A DNA stretch of 64,000 bases from Escherichia coli. GTDB lineage: Bacteria; Pseudomonadota; Gammaproteobacteria; Enterobacterales; Enterobacteriaceae. Of the stretch, positions 43,700-56,719 are shown piece after piece; the stretch's first letter is position 1; each line of letters opens with the position of its first letter. Below the pieces are notes generated by a model, which had not been told where the DNA came from, did not search any database, and saw only the letters and a list, made by a program, of their open reading frames with translations. The DNA lies in assembly GCF_024502345.1 (NCBI RefSeq), contig NZ_JALDNN010000001.1, one strand, 5' to 3'. A program made the translations under genes and the position numbers.

Positions 43700-44440
43700 T
43701 CAGAGGTTGCCGGTGTAATGCCAGCGTAAATAACGCAGCAAACGAAGCTGACGCTTAATGCGGCTCGGCTGCGAAAGCAGGCGGTAGAGCCACTCCAGCC
43801 CCAGCGTTTGCCAGATTTTCGGTGCGCGTTTTACGTGACCGGTGAAAACATCGTAAGTCCCGCCAACGCCCATATACAGCGCATCTGGATGCACCAGACG
43901 GCAGTCGCGCATGAAGATCTCCTGCTTTGGCGATCCCATCGCAACGGTGACGATTTGCGCTCCGCTGGCATGAATGCGTTCAAACAGCGCCTGACGCTGC
44001 TCGGGTTTAAAATAACCATCCTGACTGCCAACGATATTCACATTCCACTGGTTGCGCAGTTTAGCTTCAGTTTGCGCCAGCACTTCAGGTTTACCGCCCA
44101 CAAGAAATACCGGCGTCCCTTCTTTGCCTGCGCGCGCCATCAGCTCTTCCCAGAGATCGGCACCGGCAACGCGGGAAACCTGCGCCTGCGGGTACTTTTT
44201 ACGTACTGAACGTACAACGCTGATGCCATCCGCATATTTAAATTCGGCAGCGTTAATTAACTCCCTGACCTCGGCGTTATCTTCAATGGTCAGCATTTTT
44301 TCAGCATTAATGGCAACCAGCGTTCCCTGCTTAAGCTGCCCGTCAGCAAACAGATAATCGAGGGTGTGCTGCATATCACGCCAACCAATCAACTGTAAGC
44401 CACGCAGCGTATAGGTCGGTGCCGTGGTGTTGTTATTCAT
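43700..44440 (-). CDS. wecG: UDP-N-acetyl-D-mannosaminuronic acid transferase (ECA)
   Basis: 246-aa ORF, last gene of ECA cluster; synteny. Confidence 0.9.
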   Translation of the reverse strand: MNNNTTAPTYTLRGLQLIGWRDMQHTLDYLFADGQLKQGTLVAINAEKMLTIEDNAEVRELINAAEFKYADGISVVRSVRKKYPQAQVSRVAGADLWEELMARAGKEGTPVFLVGGKPEVLAQTEAKLRNQWNVNIVGSQDGYFKPEQRQALFERIHASGAQIVTVAMGSPKQEIFMRDCRLVHPDALYMGVGGTYDVFTGHVKRAPKIWQTLGLEWLYRLLSQPSRIKRQLRLLRYLRWHYTGNL

Positions 44441-44442
44441 TG

Positions 44443-45795
44443 TTATCCTTCAACCTGCGTCCGGAGCGATGATTTTGTACGTTTATGAATGAGTCCGGCG
44501 CTTTCAAAAAGCCAGTACAACAGTTTTGCGATCATCAGACATGCGCCGAAGACCACGATAAAAAAGACTACGCGTGAGACAAACGAATCCAGCCCTTCAC
44601 GTGCCAGCACGATCATATTGAAGATCGCCCCAAAGCAGAAACTGTGCAATATCGCAGCCTTATAGCGATTAGGCTCGCGGTTGCCCAGCTCATACAGCCA
44701 GTCGAACCATTTGATGATCAGACCAACCACGATCGCCCCGAGCGGGATGAACAACGCGCCGCCCATCACCACCAGTGAGCCTATAAGCGTAGGCGAGATC
44801 GCCAGTCCGGAGTGGTTATTCAGCACTTCCCAGGTAAAGTAGTTGGCTGAGTTCAGCACCATACTCGGGCGACCCGGCCACAGCCAGGAAGGGATAAAGA
44901 CATAGAAATCGCGGACAATTGGAGCCAGGCCCTGGAAGTCGATGTTGTCGTAGTTCTGCAACAGCAACGCCAGATTCTCCCACGGCGAGAAGGTGTCGCG
45001 AGTGAGATAGAGAAACGTATAGAACGCTTCATCGCCGCTCACATTCATTCCATAGCGTTTTAGCGCCAGCCAGAACATGCCCACAATCCCCAGCACGCCC
45101 GCCGCCGCCAGCATCCACAACGAAATCCAGCCGCGAATAATGCCAATAAACAGGAAGATAGCGAATGCGATGATGATATTGGCGCGAGTGCCGCCGACAA
45201 TCATATAAGTCAGCAAGCCAAAGGCGACCGTGCTGACGAGGAAAAACAGCCACGCTTTGCTATCCTGGCGCAGAAAGTAGACCACCAGCATCGCCGGGAT
45301 GAAAAAGTAAAAGAAGCGTTTTAACGCCACGCCGGAGACTTCACTGGAGAAGATCTGACTGTAGGAGTTAAGCCGGAACAGCAAAAAGCCGTTGTGCATG
45401 AAGAAGATGCCGACGCTTACCAGCGCGATGCCCATCAGGATCACCCACGTAAGATTGGTCTCCACGCGGTTCATGGTAAACAGCGGACGGCGCGGTACAT
45501 CAGCAACGCGTTTGCGTAGGCGGGTTTTGTAGGTGACATAGTAAACCGCGTAGAAGCAGCCCGCAGAAAGCAACGCCTGCAACAAGATTTCTGGCGGCGC
45601 GACACCAACATCAAAGCGAAATACCAGCACGCTGGTCAGCGGGAAGCCGAAGAAAAAGGTGAGCAAAAACAGCAATGAAAAGAAGACATTGAAGTTAAAG
45701 CGCACATGGCGAAACTCAAACCAGGTCAGCGTGGCAATAAACAGCGTGCAGAGCAGCCAGACAACAAACAGGCCACTGAATTGCAGCAGACTCAT
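44443..45795 (-). CDS. wzyE: ECA polymerase
   Basis: 450-aa polytopic membrane ORF; synteny. Confidence 0.9.
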   Translation of the reverse strand: MSLLQFSGLFVVWLLCTLFIATLTWFEFRHVRFNFNVFFSLLFLLTFFFGFPLTSVLVFRFDVGVAPPEILLQALLSAGCFYAVYYVTYKTRLRKRVADVPRRPLFTMNRVETNLTWVILMGIALVSVGIFFMHNGFLLFRLNSYSQIFSSEVSGVALKRFFYFFIPAMLVVYFLRQDSKAWLFFLVSTVAFGLLTYMIVGGTRANIIIAFAIFLFIGIIRGWISLWMLAAAGVLGIVGMFWLALKRYGMNVSGDEAFYTFLYLTRDTFSPWENLALLLQNYDNIDFQGLAPIVRDFYVFIPSWLWPGRPSMVLNSANYFTWEVLNNHSGLAISPTLIGSLVVMGGALFIPLGAIVVGLIIKWFDWLYELGNREPNRYKAAILHSFCFGAIFNMIVLAREGLDSFVSRVVFFIVVFGACLMIAKLLYWLFESAGLIHKRTKSSLRTQVEG

Positions 45796-46871
45796 GCGAC
45801 CTCCCCGGCGGCAATCGCCAACGCCCGCTGCCAGCCTTGTAGATAGTTAGGGCTAAAGAAGGCAATGGTGTTTTTATCCACCGACGCCAACTGGCGCTGC
45901 GCTTCACGCACAATATCCTCGTTGAGATCGTCGGTAGTAAACAGCACCGGCAAATGCTGTTCCGTCATATCCTGCCAGAACGGATTTTCCCGGTTAAGCA
46001 CACAAGGAATGCCCGCCTGAATCAGTAAGCAAAGCGTACCAATGCCCTGCTGGCGGGCAAAAATAAAGTAACCAAGATCGCACTGACGAAGTAGCGCCAG
46101 ATAGGCGTCAAATTCCAGTTTTTCGCTCAAAATTTGCAGATTTTCTTCGCTGAATAACTCCAGCCCCGCCTGACGAACTTCCTCAATGTACGCTTCGTTA
46201 TTAGGCGGATATCCCATCGGCACCACCACTTTTACCGTATCGCCAAATTGCTGATGAACGGCGCACAAGGCAGCAATATGGTCATTGCTGCGGTCACCGG
46301 AGTTCCCCACCAGAATGGTCATTTTCCCTTCACGTTGCCGATCGTTCGCCATCGTATTGAGAGAAGGGTCCATCCGCGTCGGGAAGTACAGCAGTTCGCC
46401 CCGCACCTTTGGATGCGTTTTGGCAAAAAAGCTCAAATCGCCGCGGGTGGCAAATACACAGCCGACTCGCTTTTGCGCCAGGCGACGTAGTGGGTAAAAA
46501 AGCTTATATCTCAAGCCACTGGAAAGCTCATACAGGTCTGCCCCCCAGATATGCCAGAAAAACTGGCTGGGCTTAATGCCACCACTCAGCAGAGCCAGCC
46601 ACAGTGTGGGATTGAACTGACCGTGGAAGAAAAAACGCTGCTGACGGTTAGCTTTTGCTTTCGCGATGACCGCTTCCGCCAGCGATTTTTTCCCAGGGAA
46701 AAATTGCACAGAAAGCGCCGGACAGCTATCACTTAAGCCGTCGTCCTTGCCAACAACCATAAACTCGCGCGCGTGCTCGCTCGTCGCGGCCAGCGCGTCA
46801 TTGAAAAACCGCAAAACGGTTCGGTTATGGTGAGGGATATCCGATCCCAGTACGTGAATCAGTACAGTCAT
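45792..46871 (-). CDS. wecF: TDP-Fuc4NAc:lipid II Fuc4NAc transferase
   Basis: 359-aa ORF; synteny in ECA cluster. Confidence 0.9.
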   Translation of the reverse strand: MTVLIHVLGSDIPHHNRTVLRFFNDALAATSEHAREFMVVGKDDGLSDSCPALSVQFFPGKKSLAEAVIAKAKANRQQRFFFHGQFNPTLWLALLSGGIKPSQFFWHIWGADLYELSSGLRYKLFYPLRRLAQKRVGCVFATRGDLSFFAKTHPKVRGELLYFPTRMDPSLNTMANDRQREGKMTILVGNSGDRSNDHIAALCAVHQQFGDTVKVVVPMGYPPNNEAYIEEVRQAGLELFSEENLQILSEKLEFDAYLALLRQCDLGYFIFARQQGIGTLCLLIQAGIPCVLNRENPFWQDMTEQHLPVLFTTDDLNEDIVREAQRQLASVDKNTIAFFSPNYLQGWQRALAIAAGEVA

Positions 46872-48118
46872 GCCCGCCTACGCCAGAGTAAAAACACGCC
46901 ACAACAAAGAGAAAAATAGACGATATAAGTTGCCATATATGCCTGCGCCGCGCCCAGTGCACCATGCGCAGGGATTAGCCAGTGGGCAAATACCATCAAT
47001 AAAGTGAACTGGCTGACTTCCGCCAGAATATAAAACCGCAGTGACGCTTTGGCGATCACCAGATAACCAAAGACATAAGCGCCCACTTTTAACACATCAC
47101 CCACTAACTGCCAGGCAAAGAGATCGCGCATAGCGGTAAATTTATTCGACAACAGCAACCAGATAGCAAAATCACGCAGCAACCAGACGGTAAAACTCGC
47201 CGCCGCCACTGCCGGTAAGACGAATTTTAGCGATTTAACCACTTCCCGGGTGATATCGCGCTTTTCCGTTAGCCGCGACAACGTGGGCAGCAAATATACG
47301 CTGAACGATGCCGTAATAAATTGCAGGTAGGCATCGGAAATACTGCTCACCCCTTGCCAGATCCCCACCTCATCCCAGCTATACTGCGCCGCCAGCAGTT
47401 TACGCATCATGATGTAAGCAACAGGCAAGGTCACCGACGTAATCAACGCCATGAGCGTAAATTTGCTCAACTGCCCTGCCAGACCGTTATCCCAGCTGGG
47501 TTTCAGATAGCTTAACGGGATGACACCACGTTTGATCAACATGATGGCGGCAGGGATTACCACCAGCGCGGGAATCAGCGCCAGACCCAGCAACGCCCCT
47601 TCATAACCGCCCAAACGGTAACTGACGTAGTACGCGAGAACGCCAATCAAGCTGCCGACAATCAGCGATAACGCATTACCTGCGGCATCGCGAAAGCCTT
47701 TCATCAGCGCCAGTAACTGGTTGCCCCAGGCGATCCCCATTTGCACCAGCGCCACTAAACGCACCAGCCCCTGATAGTCGGTATTACCAAACAATCCCTG
47801 GCTGATTGGCGCAGCTGCCAGCACAAAAACCAGCGCCATCAGCGTAGAGAAGCCAAGTACCATCGCTGATGAAGTGCCGACCACGCGGCGCAGCTGTTGG
47901 GGATTATCATGGTACTGGGCAACGTATTTGGTTACACCGTTAAAGATGCCAGCCCCGGCAAGCACGCCGAGCACGGTAATCAACTGGCGGAAATTTGCCG
48001 CCAGCCCAAGCCCCGCCGGACCAAATGACACCGCCAGCAACTTACCGACCAGTAACCCGGCACCAATCTTGACCAGTGTACTGGCCGCCGTCCACAAGGA
48101 CGCTTTTGCCAACGACAT
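46868..48118 (-). CDS. wzxE: ECA lipid III flippase
   Basis: 416-aa polytopic membrane ORF; synteny. Confidence 0.9.
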   Translation of the reverse strand: MSLAKASLWTAASTLVKIGAGLLVGKLLAVSFGPAGLGLAANFRQLITVLGVLAGAGIFNGVTKYVAQYHDNPQQLRRVVGTSSAMVLGFSTLMALVFVLAAAPISQGLFGNTDYQGLVRLVALVQMGIAWGNQLLALMKGFRDAAGNALSLIVGSLIGVLAYYVSYRLGGYEGALLGLALIPALVVIPAAIMLIKRGVIPLSYLKPSWDNGLAGQLSKFTLMALITSVTLPVAYIMMRKLLAAQYSWDEVGIWQGVSSISDAYLQFITASFSVYLLPTLSRLTEKRDITREVVKSLKFVLPAVAAASFTVWLLRDFAIWLLLSNKFTAMRDLFAWQLVGDVLKVGAYVFGYLVIAKASLRFYILAEVSQFTLLMVFAHWLIPAHGALGAAQAYMATYIVYFSLCCGVFLLWRRRA

Positions 48119-48119
48119 A

Positions 48120-49250
48120 TCAGGAGAAGTAGTTCAACAAAGTCGCAATTACCGTACGCTGATTGACGGGCGACAGGTTGTAGAACAGCGGCAGGCGCAG
48201 CAGGCGCTCGCTCTCTTTGGTGGTGTAGCGATCTTCACCGTGGAACTCACCAAAGCGTTCCCCCGCAGGGCAACCGTGCAGCGGAATGTAATGAAACACC
48301 GCCATGATTTCCGCTTCTTTCAGAAAGTTAATCAACGCGCTCCGGTCATCAATATCCCGCAGTTTAATGTAAAACATATGCGCGTTCTGCAAGCAGCCAT
48401 CGGGAATCGACGGCAGCTCGATACGCCCGGCTTTCGCCAGAGGTGCTAACGCATCGTAGTAGTTTTGCCACAGCGCCAGACGTTGCTGGTTGATACGATC
48501 CGCTGCTTCCAGTTGCGCCCACAGGTACGCAGCTTGCAGATCGGACATCAAATAGCTGGAGCCGATATCGCGCCAGGTATATTTATCGACCTGACCACGG
48601 AAGAACTGGCTGCGGTTAGTGCCCTTTTCACGGATGATCTCGGCTCGTTCGATTAACGCTTTATCGTTAATCAGCGTCGCGCCGCCTTCACCACCCGCCG
48701 TGTAGTTTTTGGTTTCATGGAAGCTAAAGCAGCCAATATGACCAATGGTTCCCAGTGCACGCCCTTTGTAAGTGGACATCACGCCCTGAGCGGCATCTTC
48801 TACCACAAACAGATTATGCTTTTTCGCCAACGCCATAATGGTCTCCATTTCGCAGGCCACACCCGCGTAATGGACCGGCACGATAACGCGCGTTTTGTCG
48901 GTGATCGCCGCTTCAATCAGCGTTTCGTCGATGTTCATGGTGTCCGGGCGAACATCCACAAAGACGATTTTCGCGCCACGCAGCACAAAGGCATTGGCGG
49001 TGGAGACAAAGGTGTAGCTCGGCATGATCACTTCATCGCCAGGCTGGATATCGAGCAGCAGCGCCGCCATCTCCAGCGAAGCGGTGCAGGACGGCGTCAG
49101 TAACACTTTGGCGCTGCCAAAACGTTGCTCCAGCCACTGCTGGCAGCGACGGGTAAAACCGCCATCGCCACACAGTTTGCCGCTACCCATTGCCGACTGC
49201 ATATAGTCGAGTTCGGTTCCCACCACCGGCGGTGCGTTAAATGGAATCAT
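48120..49250 (-). CDS. wecE: TDP-4-keto-6-deoxy-D-glucose transaminase (DegT/AHBA family, PLP-dependent)
   Basis: 376-aa aminotransferase-like ORF; synteny. Confidence 0.9.
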   Translation of the reverse strand: MIPFNAPPVVGTELDYMQSAMGSGKLCGDGGFTRRCQQWLEQRFGSAKVLLTPSCTASLEMAALLLDIQPGDEVIMPSYTFVSTANAFVLRGAKIVFVDVRPDTMNIDETLIEAAITDKTRVIVPVHYAGVACEMETIMALAKKHNLFVVEDAAQGVMSTYKGRALGTIGHIGCFSFHETKNYTAGGEGGATLINDKALIERAEIIREKGTNRSQFFRGQVDKYTWRDIGSSYLMSDLQAAYLWAQLEAADRINQQRLALWQNYYDALAPLAKAGRIELPSIPDGCLQNAHMFYIKLRDIDDRSALINFLKEAEIMAVFHYIPLHGCPAGERFGEFHGEDRYTTKESERLLRLPLFYNLSPVNQRTVIATLLNYFS

Positions 49251-49254
49251 GTGA

Positions 49255-49929
49255 TCACCTGTATAACCAGTACGCGGTGCTTTCTACATTCGCACCACTT
49301 TGTATGTATCGTTTAAGCGCGGCGGTGTTGCCCATTTGGGTCGCCACCCGCAAAGTTGTTTTACCGCGAGCATACGCCCAGTTTAGCGCCGTTTGCATCA
49401 GCTCAGCACCTGCACCGCGTCCAGCCAGCAGGCCAATTCGCGCATCTGTCGCATTGAGTTCCCGTAAAGAGACATAACCGCGAATACCGCCGGACGCCGC
49501 ACGTAAAATCAGACATTGATGATCAAAGGTGCCGCGCACGGCATTTTCAATCCACTGTGCATAAAAGCGTCCGCTGGCGTCAGGCGCATACCACGGCGCA
49601 CGAAAACGGCTTTGCGCAAATGCGGCGCTGGCTAACTGACGTAATGCGGGAATATCGGTCTCTTGTGCCACTACAGCACCACTATCACTGACATTGTTCA
49701 CGGGTAGTGCCAAATCAACTTCACCTTCTACCAGGGAGAATCCCAGCTGTTGCAGGGCATCCAGTTCACCCGTATTTGATGCCGCAATTTTGGCCTGCAC
49801 CCGTGACCACGGCGCTAACACGTCTGGCGTCAGGAGCGGTGCTTCAGACGTAATGCGCACGATGGCGCTGTTAACACCAAAGAAGGCGTTTTCCCAGGTT
49901 AGTGGCTCAATACTGGCGCGGACGGGCAC
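49255..49929 (-). CDS. wecD: TDP-fucosamine acetyltransferase (GNAT)
   Basis: 224-aa ORF; synteny between rffH and wecE. Confidence 0.85.
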   Translation of the reverse strand: MPVRASIEPLTWENAFFGVNSAIVRITSEAPLLTPDVLAPWSRVQAKIAASNTGELDALQQLGFSLVEGEVDLALPVNNVSDSGAVVAQETDIPALRQLASAAFAQSRFRAPWYAPDASGRFYAQWIENAVRGTFDHQCLILRAASGGIRGYVSLRELNATDARIGLLAGRGAGAELMQTALNWAYARGKTTLRVATQMGNTAALKRYIQSGANVESTAYWLYR

Positions 49930-50788
49930 GAAGTAACTCCAGCAGATATTGGCCGTAGCCAGTTTTCGCTAATGAACTGGCAGCACGCTTCACACCCTCG
50001 TCATCGAGCCAGCCGTTACGCCAGGCGATCTCTTCCAGGCAGGCAATCTTAAAGCCCTGGCGTTTTTCTACTGTCTGCACAAAGGTACTGGCTTCAATCA
50101 GGCTGTCGTGAGTGCCAGTGTCCAGCCAGGCAAATCCGCGCCCGAGCAGTTCAACGGTCAGGTTGCCCGCCTCGAGGTACATCTGGTTGATGGAGGTAAT
50201 CTCCAGTTCACCACGCTCCGACGGCTTCACCTGCTTTGCGTACTCCACGACTTTACTGTCGTAGAAATAAAGCCCGGTCACCGCCCAGTTTGACTTCGGC
50301 TGTTTTGGCTTTTCTTCCAGCGAGATAGCGCGGAAATTGTCGTCAAACTCCACCACGCCAAAGCGTTCCGGGTCCATCACCTGATAGCCAAATACCGTCG
50401 CCCCTTCCGTGCGCGCCGCAACATGACGCAGCTTCGGACTGAAGCCCTGACCGAAGAAGATGTTATCGCCCAACACCAGACAAGAAGGTTCACCATTAAG
50501 GAAGGTTTCACCGATGATAAAGGCCTGCGCCAGACCGTCCGGGCTGGGCTGTTCGGCATATTCCAGCTGGATACCGAACTCACTGCCGTCACCCAGCAGG
50601 CGCTGGAAATAACCTTTATCTTCCGGCGTAGTGATGATGAGAATTTCGCGGATACCGGCCAGCATCAGCACCGACAGCGGATAGTAAATCATTGGCTTAT
50701 CGTAAATCGGCAACAGTTGCTTCGATACGCCGCGCGTAATCGGATGCAATCGGGTACCGGAACCGCCCGCCAGGATAATACCTTTCAT
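49907..50788 (-). CDS. rffH: Glucose-1-phosphate thymidylyltransferase
   Basis: 293-aa [40 protein letters not shown], nucleotidyltransferase signature. Confidence 0.95.
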   Translation of the reverse strand: MKGIILAGGSGTRLHPITRGVSKQLLPIYDKPMIYYPLSVLMLAGIREILIITTPEDKGYFQRLLGDGSEFGIQLEYAEQPSPDGLAQAFIIGETFLNGEPSCLVLGDNIFFGQGFSPKLRHVAARTEGATVFGYQVMDPERFGVVEFDDNFRAISLEEKPKQPKSNWAVTGLYFYDSKVVEYAKQVKPSERGELEITSINQMYLEAGNLTVELLGRGFAWLDTGTHDSLIEASTFVQTVEKRQGFKIACLEEIAWRNGWLDDEGVKRAASSLAKTGYGQYLLELLRARPRQY

Positions 50789-50806
50789 GTTTGCCTCCGC
50801 TGAAAA

Positions 50807-51874
50807 TTAGCCTTTCAGACCTAAACGCTCGCCCTGATAGCTGCCGTCCTGCACCTGCTTCCACCAGCTTTCATTAGCCAGATACCACTGAACCGTTTTA
50901 CGCATTCCACTTTCAAAGGTTTCCTGCGGCAGCCAGCCAAGTTCACGGGCAATTTTCGAAGCATCAATGGCATAACGCAGATCATGCCCCGGACGGTCAG
51001 CGACAAAGGTGATCAGGTCACGATAGTGCGCCACGCCGTGCGGCTTGTTCGGAGCCAGTTCTTCCAGCAGCTCGCAAATGGTTTCCACAACATCGAGATT
51101 CTTACGCTCGTTGTGACCACCAATATTATAGGTTTCACCGACTTTCCCGGTGGTCGCCACGCAATACAGCGCGCGGGCGTGATCTTCCACATACAGCCAG
51201 TCACGGATTTGCTGCCCGTTGCCATATACCGGCAGCGGTTTACCCGCCAGCGCGTTGAGGATCATCAGCGGGATCAGTTTTTCCGGAAAGTGGTAAGGAC
51301 CGTAGTTATTCGAGCAGTTGGTGATCAGCGTCGGCAGACCGTAGGTCCGCAGCCAGGCGCGCACCAGATGGTCGCTGCTGGCTTTTGACGCGGAATAAGG
51401 GCTGCTCGGCGCATACGGCGTGGTTTCGGTGAAGAAATCATCCGTCGAGTGCAGGTCACCATATACTTCGTCGGTGGAGATATGATGAAAACGGAACGCT
51501 GATTTTTTATCTTCCGTCAGCGTATTCCAGTAAGCCCGCGCCGCTTCAAGCAATGTATAAGTCCCGACAATGTTGGTTTCAATAAACGCTGCCGGGCCGT
51601 CAATAGAACGGTCAACATGGCTTTCGGCTGCCAGATGCATGACACAGTCTGGCTGATGCTCAGTGAATACGCGTGCCAGTTCTGCCCGATCGCAGATATC
51701 AACTTTCTCAAAGGCAAAGCGCTCGCTTTGCGCGACCGGTGCCAGCGACATCAGGTTTCCGGCGTAGGTCAGCTTATCGACCACCACCACCGCATCACTC
51801 GTTTCGTTGATGATATAACGCACCAGCGCCGAGCCAATAAACCCGGCACCACCTGTTATCAGAATCTTTCTCAT
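50807..51874 (-). CDS. rffG: dTDP-glucose 4,6-dehydratase
   Basis: 355-aa [25 protein letters not shown] with YxxxK catalytic motif. Confidence 0.95.
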   Translation of the reverse strand: MRKILITGGAGFIGSALVRYIINETSDAVVVVDKLTYAGNLMSLAPVAQSERFAFEKVDICDRAELARVFTEHQPDCVMHLAAESHVDRSIDGPAAFIETNIVGTYTLLEAARAYWNTLTEDKKSAFRFHHISTDEVYGDLHSTDDFFTETTPYAPSSPYSASKASSDHLVRAWLRTYGLPTLITNCSNNYGPYHFPEKLIPLMILNALAGKPLPVYGNGQQIRDWLYVEDHARALYCVATTGKVGETYNIGGHNERKNLDVVETICELLEELAPNKPHGVAHYRDLITFVADRPGHDLRYAIDASKIARELGWLPQETFESGMRKTVQWYLANESWWKQVQDGSYQGERLGLKG

Positions 51875-53136
51875 CAGCGCCAGACTCCTTTGGCATCGAC
51901 GACATACTGCTGATGGACGTTGTCGCCATTGATAACTTTGAACTGACTATGATCGACCAGCATCACCAGCACGTCTGCCGTTGCCAGCGCCTCGTCAAGC
52001 TGCGCCAGAGTACAAAGCCCGGTCAGTTTTTTCGGCAACTGGTGGATGTTAGGCTCAACAACCAGAGTTTCGCCGCTATGCCACTGGGCGATCAGTTCAG
52101 CGATTTCCATCGCCGGGCTTTCGCGCAGGTCATCAATATTCGGTTTAAACGCCAGACCAAAGCAGGCGATTTTCAGTTCACTGGCGCGTTTATCGGTAGC
52201 CGCCAGGCAATCAGCCACCGCCGCTTTCACCTGATCGATAACCCAGAACGGTTTGTGATCGTTCACTTCGCGCGCGGTACGGATAAGCCGCGCCTGCTGG
52301 GGGTTCTGTGCCACGATAAACCACGGATCAACAGCAATGCAGTGACCGCCCACGCCAGGGCCAGGCTGAAGAATATTAACGCGAGGGTGACGATTCGCCA
52401 GGCGAATCAGTTCCCAGACGTTAATCCCCTGATCGGCACAAATCAGCGACAATTCATTAGCAAAAGCGATATTCACATCGCGGAAGCTGTTTTCGGTGAG
52501 CTTACACATTTCCGCCGTCCGCGAGTTAGTGACGACACACTCACCTTCGAGGAAAATTTTGTACAGTTCGCTGGCGCGGGCCGAACAAACCGGCGTCATA
52601 CCACCAATCACGCGATCGTTTTTAATCAGCTCGACCATAACCTGGCCCGGTAACACGCGTTCCGGGCAGTAAGCAATGTTGACGTCCGCCTGCTCGCCCA
52701 CCTGCTGTGGGAAAGTGAGATCTGGACGCATCTCTGCTAACCATTCTGCCATCTTCTCGGTTGACCCCACCGGCGAGGTGGATTCAAGGATCACCAGCGC
52801 GCCTTTTTTCAGCACTGGCGCAATGGAGCGAGCAGCCGATTCAACGTAGGTCATATCTGGCTCATGATCGCCTTTAAACGGCGTGGGCACAGCAATCAGC
52901 CAGGCATCCGCTTCAACTGGCGTCGTGCTCGCTCGTAAAAAACCGCCTTCTACGGCAGTTTTTACTACGCTCGCCAAATCAGGCTCGACGATATGGATTT
53001 CGCCACGATTGATGGTATCAACCGCGTGTTGGTTGATATCGACACCAATCACCTGTTTTTGCCGTGAGGCAAACGCTGCTGCTGTAGGCAGCCCGATGTA
53101 ACCCAGTCCGATAACAGAAATGGTCGCAAAACTCAT
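51874..53136 (-). CDS. wecC: UDP-N-acetyl-D-mannosamine dehydrogenase
   Basis: 420-aa ORF with N-terminal Rossmann motif [10 protein letters not shown]; synteny. Confidence 0.95.
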   Translation of the reverse strand: MSFATISVIGLGYIGLPTAAAFASRQKQVIGVDINQHAVDTINRGEIHIVEPDLASVVKTAVEGGFLRASTTPVEADAWLIAVPTPFKGDHEPDMTYVESAARSIAPVLKKGALVILESTSPVGSTEKMAEWLAEMRPDLTFPQQVGEQADVNIAYCPERVLPGQVMVELIKNDRVIGGMTPVCSARASELYKIFLEGECVVTNSRTAEMCKLTENSFRDVNIAFANELSLICADQGINVWELIRLANRHPRVNILQPGPGVGGHCIAVDPWFIVAQNPQQARLIRTAREVNDHKPFWVIDQVKAAVADCLAATDKRASELKIACFGLAFKPNIDDLRESPAMEIAELIAQWHSGETLVVEPNIHQLPKKLTGLCTLAQLDEALATADVLVMLVDHSQFKVINGDNVHQQYVVDAKGVWR

Positions 53137-54263
53137 AGTGATATCCGATTATTTTTTAACGCTTCCAGAATGCGAGAGCATGCCTGACCATCACCATACG
53201 GGTTATGGGCGCGGCTCATAGTTTGATATTCGTTTTCGTCTTTTAAAAGACGCGTCACTTCCTCGACAATTCGCTGCTTATCCGTGCCTACCAGACGCAC
53301 CGTACCCGCCGTCACCGCTTCCGGACGCTCAGTGGTATTGCGCATCACCAGCACCGGTTTCCCCAGCGAAGGCGCTTCTTCCTGAATGCCGCCTGAGTCG
53401 GTCAAAATCAGCCAGGCGTGGTTCATCAGCCAGACAAACGGTAAATACTCCTGGGGATCGATCAGAATGACATTTTTCACATGCCCCAGAATGCGATTGA
53501 CCGGCTCTCTGACGTTCGGGTTGAGATGCACCGGATAGACAATCTGGATGTCCTGGTGCGTGGTGGCGATGTCTGCCAGCGCGTGGCAGATTTCTTCAAA
53601 GCCACGACCGAAACTCTCACGCCTGTGACCGGTCACCAGAATCATCTTTTTATCGGGGTCGATAAACGGGTAATTTGCCGCCAGTTCTGAACGCAGCGTG
53701 TCGCTGCTCATCACCTGGTCACGCACCCATAACAGTGCATCAATAACTGTATTACCAGTAATGAAGATTCGGCTATCCGCAACGTTTTCACGCAGCAAGT
53801 TTTGCCGGGAAGTTTCGGTTGGAGAGAAGTGATACATCGCCAGATGCCCGGTCAATGTACGGTTAGCCTCTTCCGGCCACGGCGAATAGAGATCGCCCGT
53901 GCGTAAACCAGCCTCAACGTGACCAACAGGAATACGCTGATAAAACGCCGCCAGGCTGGTTGCCAGCGTCGTCGTTGTGTCGCCGTGAACCAGCACGACG
54001 TCTGGTTTGAACTCGGCAAGAATAGGTTTTAGCCCTTCCAGAATCCGACAGGTTATCTCTGTCAGGCCCTGTCCTGGCTGCATTATGTTGAGATCGTAGT
54101 CAGGTACAATGGAAAAGAGTTTCAGCACCTGATCGAGCATCTCCCGATGCTGCGCAGTGACGCAAACTTTAGCCTCAAAAAAAGGATCTTTTGCCAACGC
54201 ATGCACCAACGGAGCCATCTTGATGGCTTCCGGGCGCGTACCAAATACAGTCAGTACTTTCAC
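53133..54263 (-). CDS. wecB: UDP-N-acetylglucosamine 2-epimerase (GTG start)
   Basis: 376-aa protein from (GTG) [20 protein letters not shown]..; longer six-frame start rejected. Confidence 0.93.
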   Translation of the reverse strand: MKVLTVFGTRPEAIKMAPLVHALAKDPFFEAKVCVTAQHREMLDQVLKLFSIVPDYDLNIMQPGQGLTEITCRILEGLKPILAEFKPDVVLVHGDTTTTLATSLAAFYQRIPVGHVEAGLRTGDLYSPWPEEANRTLTGHLAMYHFSPTETSRQNLLRENVADSRIFITGNTVIDALLWVRDQVMSSDTLRSELAANYPFIDPDKKMILVTGHRRESFGRGFEEICHALADIATTHQDIQIVYPVHLNPNVREPVNRILGHVKNVILIDPQEYLPFVWLMNHAWLILTDSGGIQEEAPSLGKPVLVMRNTTERPEAVTAGTVRLVGTDKQRIVEEVTRLLKDENEYQTMSRAHNPYGDGQACSRILEALKNNRISL

Positions 54264-54318
54264 ATCGATTCTCTTCGAATAAGCGGCGAGCGCCTTTGCG
54301 CTCACCGCAGCAGTGTTG

Positions 54319-55368
54319 CTATTTCGAGCAACGGCGGGTTAATGCGACACCAGCCCCGATCAGCCCCCCGACAATGCCCCACATAATCATCAGGAAGGCA
54401 CGACGTGGGCTATCGCGTTTTACCGGTTCTTCCGGCGTACGCAAATAGCGATAGGTCTGAAAACGCGGATCCAGGGTTGGACCAACATTCAGGGTGTTTA
54501 ACATGGCCCGATTCTGATCATAGTCGAGATCAAAGGCCGGACCGACGGCCTGTAAATTTTCCAGTCGAGCCTGGAGCATTGGACGCCCAAGCAGGAACAT
54601 TTCTGAATCAGGTAATTCCTCGGCAGGCACATCTGTCGCACTGCGCGAAATATTATGCTGCTCAGCAATTTTCAGCGCCTGTTCAATACTGTTCATCCGG
54701 CGGTCGTAGATGGCTTTCGCCACCTCTTCCTGACGCTTCACCTGTGCTTTCATCTGGATGGTGCGTGCCGCCCATGCGCCTTTCAGCTCATCATTCAGAT
54801 GGCTGGCTGCACGCTGGCTGGCAAAAGCAACATACTGACGTAACAGGTTATTAGCGTCAGGCGCGGTTTCGGCAATAAGCTTCACGCTGTCATTGACCGC
54901 GCGGGTAAAGTCTCCGGGGATAAACTGGATGTTGTTAATCATTTCATCCAGCAACGCCGCATCGGCTTTGCTGTTGCCCACCATCCGCTGCTTGTAATAG
55001 TCGGTTTGCAGCCAGAACTCTCTGCGGGTATCCCACGAGGCCAGTTGCATAACAAACTCTTTATAGGCTTCGTCCATGACCGATGGTTGGTCGGCAGAAG
55101 CCATGTTTGAACGGGCATCCAGGTTACGCAAAAATTGCTGCTGCGAGTAATATCCCCCCAGCATATTCACCGTTGGACGATCGGTAATCGCCGTCGCGCT
55201 CCACTCTTGTCGAGCAAAAAAAGTATACGCCAGCGCGATTAACGCAAACGCCAGCCCCATGCCAATAATCCATAGCTTCCCAGCCCACAAGGTACGAAAC
55301 AACCCACGAATATCCAGTTCATTTTCAGCGTCTTCGGCCGGTTTCCCAGGCATTGGTTGTGTCATCAC
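54319..55368 (-). CDS. wzzE: ECA polysaccharide chain-length regulator
   Basis: 349-aa ORF with N- and C-terminal TM segments; synteny. Confidence 0.9.
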   Translation of the reverse strand: MMTQPMPGKPAEDAENELDIRGLFRTLWAGKLWIIGMGLAFALIALAYTFFARQEWSATAITDRPTVNMLGGYYSQQQFLRNLDARSNMASADQPSVMDEAYKEFVMQLASWDTRREFWLQTDYYKQRMVGNSKADAALLDEMINNIQFIPGDFTRAVNDSVKLIAETAPDANNLLRQYVAFASQRAASHLNDELKGAWAARTIQMKAQVKRQEEVAKAIYDRRMNSIEQALKIAEQHNISRSATDVPAEELPDSEMFLLGRPMLQARLENLQAVGPAFDLDYDQNRAMLNTLNVGPTLDPRFQTYRYLRTPEEPVKRDSPRRAFLMIMWGIVGGLIGAGVALTRRCSK

Positions 55369-55376
55369 ATCCTCAT

Positions 55377-56480
55377 TTATTTGGTTAAATTGGGGCTGCC
55401 ACCACGATTTCTACGCAGTCTGCGTTTTACGCGCTTAATAAAGCGAGCAACTTTCCAGGCACGCTTAATGCAATATCCATAGAGGAAGAATGCTAGCAAA
55501 AAGAGCACCAGCATGACCCACTCCGGGACAAAATGAGAATATTCTGCCAGCACGCCAATGGAAGCGAGCAGTGCTGCGGCAAGGGTAATCAGCACAAACG
55601 CCTGACGGGAAGTAAACCCGGCACGCATGATCAAATGGTGAATATGCTGACGGTCAGGAGAGAATGGGCTCATGCCTTTACGCAGGCGACGGTACATAAT
55701 CGCCACCATATCCATTAGCGGAATGGCGATTATCCACAAAGCGGTAACCGGGCTGATGGGATGGGTTTTGCCCTGGGTCGTTTCAAGCAGGATCCAGATA
55801 ACGGTAAAACCAATCAGCGTACTGCCCGCATCACCCATAAAGACTTTGTAGCGGCGACCCAGGATACCAAGGTTAAGCATGATGTATGGCAGGATGGCGG
55901 CGATCATCGCAAAGCACCAGATTGCGAGGCTGGTTTGCCCGTCGAACCACAAAATCATACCGATTGCTGCAAACGAGACGCAGGACAACCCGCCCAGCAA
56001 GCCATCAATGCCATCAACCATGTTGAACGCATTAATGGCCGCCCAGACGGCAAATAGCGTCAGGAAGTAACCAAACGGTCCGAGCACCATCTCCCAGGAG
56101 CCAAAGATATAACCCAGGCTACTGAGATAAAGTTTGCCGAACACCATCATAACAATGCCAACAGCGGCCTGTATGGTGGCACGGATTTTTACGCTGATAT
56201 CAAAACGGTCATCCAGCGCGCCAATGAAAACAAGCACACCGGCACAAGCGAGATAGAGAGATGCATGCGGAATATAGTAATCGACAATTCCGAACGTGAA
56301 GCAAATCCCTGCGTAAACCGAAATCCCCCCAACGAGAGGTATCAATCCCTGGTGACGTTTGCGGAAGTTTGGTTTATCCACTAAACCGACTTTTTTTGCC
56401 ACCTTACGGGCAAAAAACAGAAACAGTGTCGTGAATAAAAAAATACTGATGAGATCAGTACTCACTGTCAGTAAATTCAC
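55377..56480 (-). CDS. wecA: UDP-GlcNAc:undecaprenyl-phosphate GlcNAc-1-phosphate transferase
   Basis: 367-aa polytopic membrane ORF; first gene of ECA cluster downstream of rho. Confidence 0.93.
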   Translation of the reverse strand: MNLLTVSTDLISIFLFTTLFLFFARKVAKKVGLVDKPNFRKRHQGLIPLVGGISVYAGICFTFGIVDYYIPHASLYLACAGVLVFIGALDDRFDISVKIRATIQAAVGIVMMVFGKLYLSSLGYIFGSWEMVLGPFGYFLTLFAVWAAINAFNMVDGIDGLLGGLSCVSFAAIGMILWFDGQTSLAIWCFAMIAAILPYIMLNLGILGRRYKVFMGDAGSTLIGFTVIWILLETTQGKTHPISPVTALWIIAIPLMDMVAIMYRRLRKGMSPFSPDRQHIHHLIMRAGFTSRQAFVLITLAAALLASIGVLAEYSHFVPEWVMLVLFLLAFFLYGYCIKRAWKVARFIKRVKRRLRRNRGGSPNLTK

Positions 56481-56719
56481 AATGCATGCTCTCAGAGAAA
56501 ATTATTAGCAGAAGTATAACCACGAAGACCTTTATTCAGAAGGGAAAGTCCGTTCCGAACCCACCAGTCCTGTGCAAAAATTAACCATTTGATATGCAAA
56601 TTGCATAACATGCCAGCAAATTCCAGGAATTTTCCTAACATCGCCAGCGCGGCATTAAGATTACAGATATAAAAGCAAAACGCCACGTAAACACGTGGCG
56701 TTTTTGGCATAAGACAAAT